Assembly: GCA_044359815.1 (NCBI GenBank)
Contig: JBIKLL010000003.1
Span: forward strand, 65,720-129,719
Source: Pseudobdellovibrionaceae bacterium
Lineage (GTDB): Bacteria > Bdellovibrionota > Bdellovibrionia > Bdellovibrionales > Bdellovibrionaceae
Length of the DNA: 64,000 bases
Direction of reading: 5' to 3'
The notes under the pieces were generated by a model. The model was not told the origin of the DNA, made no database searches, and worked only from the letters and a program-made list of their open reading frames with translations. Positions 60,001-64,000 of this stretch are shown here, piece after piece. Position 1 is the first letter of the stretch; each line of letters begins with the position of its first letter. The position numbers and the translations under genes were made by a program.

Positions 60001-60943
60001 AACTCTCTCCTTGAATTGTGTTCGCATTTGTTTCAGTGCTTTGTTGTCGTTTTTGTTTGATCTTACTTTGCATAAAAAATTCTCCGGCTTTGTACGAGCT
60101 GCGAACCAACGGGCCAGAGGCACAATATAAAAATCCCATTTCATCAGCGGTGGTTTTCCAGTAATCAAATTTTTCTGGTGTTACAAAAGATTCCACGGCC
60201 AGATGTTTGGGGGTTGGCTGCAAATACTGACCAAAAGTAATCACGTCACAATTGATGTCTCGCAGATCCTTCATGGTTTGCAAAATTTCTTCATCAGTTT
60301 CACCCAGACCCAACATCAATGAGGTTTTAGTAAATATGGTTGGATCCATTTCCTTGACCATCTGAAGAACACTTAAAGATTGTTTGTAATTGGCTCTGGG
60401 ATCGCGGACCTTTTTTTGCAAACGTTCAACAGTTTCTACGTTGTGGGCAAACACGTCAGGTTTGGAATCCACCATGACCTGCACACATTCGCGATCGCCA
60501 CGAAAATCAGGAGTCAAAACCTCAACGATCAGCTCGGGATCCATTTTGTGCATAGTTCTGATGGTGCGGGCAAAATGATTTGATCCCTGATCAGGCAAAT
60601 CATCACGGTCCACTGATGTTACGACTATGTATTCAAGATCCATTTGTGCGACTGAATAAGAAACCTTTTCGGGTTCCATGGGATCTAATGCGCCTTTGGG
60701 ATTGCCGGTTTTAACATGACAGAATTTGCAGCCCCTGGTGCAGACCTCGCCCATAATCATAATGGTCGCAGTGCCACCAGCCCAGCATTCTGCCATGTTG
60801 GGGCAGCGAGCTTCCTGGCAAACTGTGGCTAATTTTAAATCGCCCAGCATGGATTTGATTCGGGTGTAGTTTTCGCCGGCCGGGGCGCGAACCTTAAGCC
60901 AGCTTGGCTTAGGTGTGTGAGGTTTTGCTGATGAAATACTCAT
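59984..60943 (-). CDS. lipA: Lipoyl synthase
   Basis: KPSWLKV, CQEARCPNMAEC, CTRGCKFC, VRSSY. Confidence 0.95.
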   Translation of the reverse strand: MSISSAKPHTPKPSWLKVRAPAGENYTRIKSMLGDLKLATVCQEARCPNMAECWAGGTATIMIMGEVCTRGCKFCHVKTGNPKGALDPMEPEKVSYSVAQMDLEYIVVTSVDRDDLPDQGSNHFARTIRTMHKMDPELIVEVLTPDFRGDRECVQVMVDSKPDVFAHNVETVERLQKKVRDPRANYKQSLSVLQMVKEMDPTIFTKTSLMLGLGETDEEILQTMKDLRDINCDVITFGQYLQPTPKHLAVESFVTPEKFDYWKTTADEMGFLYCASGPLVRSSYKAGEFFMQSKIKQKRQQSTETNANTIQGESYGNRG

Positions 60944-61024
60944 GTGGGCAGTGTAATAAAAAAATGCTTGGAATACTATCATTTTGCAGTACAAAAAAGC
61001 CCTCAGTCCCACAAAGGAACCGTC

Positions 61025-61747
61025 ATGAAATTCAAAACTGAACTGACTCAAGCCAAGTTTATCAAAAGGTACAAAAGATTTTTTGCAGACTGCGAGCTTC
61101 AGGGCCAAACGGTCACGGCCCACGTTGCTAATACGGGATCATTAAAGCCCAACCTACAAGAGGGGATCAATTGTTTGCTGTCCAAGGCTGATAATCCTGA
61201 TCGCAAATTACAGTGGTCGCTCGAGGCCGTGCAGGCCCCAAATCAGAGCTGGGTGGGAATCAATACCGCAATCCCCAGCAAGGTTGTGCAAGAGATTTTT
61301 GAAACTGGTGCTTACAAACCATGGAATGAATTTTCTAAATTTAAATCAGAAATCAAAATCAACGATCAGACCCGATTGGACGGGGTGTTTTTGGATAAAA
61401 ATAATCACCCAAAACATTATATCGAAATCAAAAATGTAACCTATGTGGTTGGCGATTTTGCGACGGGTAAAGGGCAGGCCAGCTTTCCTGATGGAGTTAC
61501 CGAAAGGGGGCTTAAGCATCTGCATGAGCTCAGTGCCCTAATCAAAAAAGGATTTTCTGCCGAGCTGATTTTTGCGGTTCAACGAACTGATTGTCAGCAA
61601 TTTGTGCCAGCTGACGATATAGATCCCGAATACTGTCGACAGCTTCGCAAAAGTGCTCAGGACGGATTGATCATCACACCAATGGTTTTCGCGCTTGATC
61701 CATCAGGAGTCCGCTTTACCGGCGAAACCTTACCAGTCAGTCTGTAA
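61025..61747 (+). CDS. sfsA: Sugar fermentation stimulation protein A (PD-(D/E)XK fold)
   Basis: KRYKRFFAD, AHVANTGS, RLD...YIEIKNV, FPDGVTERGLKHL. Confidence 0.92.
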   Translation: MKFKTELTQAKFIKRYKRFFADCELQGQTVTAHVANTGSLKPNLQEGINCLLSKADNPDRKLQWSLEAVQAPNQSWVGINTAIPSKVVQEIFETGAYKPWNEFSKFKSEIKINDQTRLDGVFLDKNNHPKHYIEIKNVTYVVGDFATGKGQASFPDGVTERGLKHLHELSALIKKGFSAELIFAVQRTDCQQFVPADDIDPEYCRQLRKSAQDGLIITPMVFALDPSGVRFTGETLPVSL

Positions 61748-62165
61748 GGCGCTTCGGGATTTTGAAAAAATCTGCCCCTAAATTTCTTACCTTGTGAATA
61801 CTTGCTAACGGCCGCAAGCTCATCTCTCGTATTGCTTGCATGCAAAGGTAATTTGTTTTTACTGTTTTTAGACACATGCAGCGAGCGCGACGTTTATTTT
61901 TTCGCCGCATATCTGGTGTTGAGTCATTTAATTATAGCTAGGTGGATGATAATTTATTAATCACATACTTAGCTAAAATTAAATGACTCAATACGAGAGA
62001 TGAGCCCGCGGCCGTTAGCGAGTGTCTAAAAATAGTGAAAAAAATTATCTTTGCATTTACGCATCACGAGATATGCGGCGGTAAATTAACCGTCGCGCTC
62101 GCAAATATATTCACAAGGTAAGGAATTTAGGGGCAGATTTTTTCAAAATCCCGAAGCGCCCTACA
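61743..62165. repeat. Large structured intergenic element with permuted inverted arms, copy 1
   Basis: 53-bp terminal IR (61748-61800 / 62108-62160, one mismatch) plus four internal complementary pairs; core repeated at ~63797-64000. Confidence 0.9.
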
Positions 62166-62216
62166 TGAGGCGCGGGTAGGAAGAGCCGCCGATAGAAGCG
62201 GCTCGCAAGATTAGAA

Positions 62217-63008
62217 CTATTTTTTAAGATGACGATCAATGATCGTTTTGAATTCAGAAAACGGATAAGCACCTTTGATAGATACTCCGTTTATAACAAA
62301 CCCAGGGGTTCCACTGATTCCAAATTTTTGAGCTTCATCAGTGTCAGCAGAAATGATTGCCAGCAAACCTTCGTCACTTAAGTCTTTTGCCAATTTAGTC
62401 ATATCAGCTCCGACTTTTTTTGCTGTGGCTTTCAGGAAGTCCTCACCCTTAGTTTTCAATTCATTTTGACCTTCAAAAACCAAATCATGAAATTTCCCAG
62501 CTTTGTCCATGCTCTGTCTTGCCAACGCCTCGTAATATTTAGCAGCAGGTAAAGCCTTTGGATGGAACTCAAGCGGCAAATGTTTGTAAATCACGCGGAC
62601 TTCTGTTGGATAGGCTTTCAACACTTCTTTGATGGTTTGATAGCCACGTACGCAATAAGGACATTCAAAATCAGAATATTCTACGATTGTGACTTTGGCG
62701 TCTTTAGGACCTTTGACCACCCTGGCATCGTCAATTTTTGGTTGTAATGGATTATTAAATTCATCATCACGTTTTTTGCCTTCTTCGGCCTGGGCTTTTT
62801 CAGCAGATTGTTCTTGGGCTTTTCTGGCGGCCTTGTTTACGACCTCGATAAATTTTTCGGGGTCTTTCTCAATAGCCGAAAAAACGATGCTAGGATCTTT
62901 TTCAATAGCATCCTTAAGTTGTTTGGACGAAGGTGCACAACCGATCAATGTCAATGCTGTGAACACTCCAAAATAAATCTGTAGTTTAGTGTTTAAAGAA
63001 TTCTTCAA
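62217..63008 (-). CDS. DsbA/thioredoxin-family lipoprotein
   Basis: LIGC lipobox; EYSDFECPYC; GISGTPGF; TTG start with GGAGG SD. Confidence 0.88.
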   Translation of the reverse strand: MKNSLNTKLQIYFGVFTALTLIGCAPSSKQLKDAIEKDPSIVFSAIEKDPEKFIEVVNKAARKAQEQSAEKAQAEEGKKRDDEFNNPLQPKIDDARVVKGPKDAKVTIVEYSDFECPYCVRGYQTIKEVLKAYPTEVRVIYKHLPLEFHPKALPAAKYYEALARQSMDKAGKFHDLVFEGQNELKTKGEDFLKATAKKVGADMTKLAKDLSDEGLLAIISADTDEAQKFGISGTPGFVINGVSIKGAYPFSEFKTIIDRHLKK

Positions 63009-63149
63009 GCTGCCTCCTATTTTAAGCCTTAGTAGTTTGACATAATTTATTGGCATTAAACAACAATACTTTGGCCTTAACAACTTGCACCTAGAGCTTT
63101 TAAATTTAAGATGCGATCATGGTGATTCATCTGAATCTAAGGGGGATCT

Positions 63150-63731
63150 ATGAAATTCGCTTTTATTATGACTTTGTTTTGGAGTCTTCAGTCATCTGCA
63201 GGGCTTTTATACACTTACAAACAGTTGTTTACCAAAGATCTTGATCAAATGAACAAGATCGTGAACGAAAAGGTCAAAGAAGCCGCCAAAGACCAAGGCG
63301 ATCGATCTATCCCGCTTAAGGAAGGACTGCAGGCTGTGTTTTCAAGACCCAATGATGACGGAATGATCGAAAAAGTCGTAACACCACTGCGCAATAACTT
63401 GGAGGACATGAATATCTGGGATGAAGTTATGAAATCCCTGGTCAAGGAAGCCATTGGCGCTCTGGGCAATACCAAGGCATTCACTCCCACCGTTCAAGTT
63501 ACTTATTGGATTTTTCTGGAAAACGTAATTGCTGAATTTCAACCGGTTTTGAGATCCGACAAAGTTGCTCGTGAAATCGTCACCAGCATCAGTGCAGCCA
63601 AAATCGAAATTTCAAAAGAAGCTAAAAAAGAGCGCAAACTGACAATCATGAAGGACACAATGGGTCCCACTGAATTGGCTAATCAAGTTTTGGCAGCTTT
63701 ACCGCCGCCAGCAGCTCCTGCGACCAAGTAG
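63150..63731 (+). CDS. Hypothetical secreted helical protein
   Basis: Signal peptide MKFAFIMTLFWSLQSSA; AGGGGG SD. Confidence 0.75.
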   Translation: MKFAFIMTLFWSLQSSAGLLYTYKQLFTKDLDQMNKIVNEKVKEAAKDQGDRSIPLKEGLQAVFSRPNDDGMIEKVVTPLRNNLEDMNIWDEVMKSLVKEAIGALGNTKAFTPTVQVTYWIFLENVIAEFQPVLRSDKVAREIVTSISAAKIEISKEAKKERKLTIMKDTMGPTELANQVLAALPPPAAPATK

Positions 63732-63796
63732 CACGCTGGCATCTGCGCCTACAATAAATTTGAATTTTAAAAAATATTTCTATGTTCTATACTCTT

Positions 63797-64000
63797 TGAA
63801 TACCCGCTAACGGCCGCAAGCTCATCTCTCGTATTGCGTAAATGCAAAGGTAATTTGTTTTTACTGTTTTTAGACACATTCAGCGAGCGCGGCGTTTAAT
63901 TTTTCGCCGCATATCTGGTGTTGAGTCATTTAGATTAATCAGTTTTATGATAATTTATTAATGGTAAAACTGATTAATCTAAATGACTCAATACGAGAGA
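63797..64000. repeat. Structured intergenic element, copy 2 (truncated by window end)
   Basis: Segments B, C, D nearly identical to 61804-61918; central hairpin has a different sequence but still pairs. Confidence 0.9.

Noticed and set aside
61743..62165. The structured element as a simple terminator or an autonomous IS
   Set aside because: Far too long and multi-armed for a terminator; no transposase ORF and no clear target-site duplication. A separate small hairpin (gagccgc/gcggctc, ~62183-62204) could serve as terminator.

Overview
Bacterial chromosomal window, most likely from a Bdellovibrionota (Bdellovibrio-like) genome. This is inferred from a DgcB-type FHA-GGDEF cyclase, tandem trypsin-like proteases, AddAB, many secreted hypothetical proteins and moderately low GC. 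Most of the window is housekeeping: gcvP, tldD/tldE, a cysteine synthase, epmA, HU/IHF, pyrD, gdhA, rfaE1, addAB, rlmN, pgi, an ECF sigma operon, PhoH2, lipA-E2-lpdA-lipB, sfsA and a DsbA-family gene. No rRNA, tRNA or CRISPR array was seen. Four things stand out. (1) An AT-richer four-gene locus (39045-44453) encodes a membrane desaturase, a heme-oxygenase-like diiron enzyme, a membrane sensor adenylate cyclase and a PilZ-acyltransferase (LuxI/FeeM-like) fusion; it looks like a c-di-GMP-gated lipid-signal synthase next to a possible receptor. (2) A ~420-bp repeated non-coding element (61743-62165, second copy from ~63797) has internal arms that pair in permuted order (A B C D E E' B' C' D' A'), with compensatory changes between copies. 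(3) A 37-aa hydrophobic ORF (28503-28616, minus), too short for the ORF track, is enclosed by three nested 5'/3' long-range helices that cover its Shine-Dalgarno, like a type I toxin mRNA. (4) An HUH/RAYT-like transposase and two families of REP-like intergenic repeats are present. All functions come from motifs read by eye; no database searches were run.
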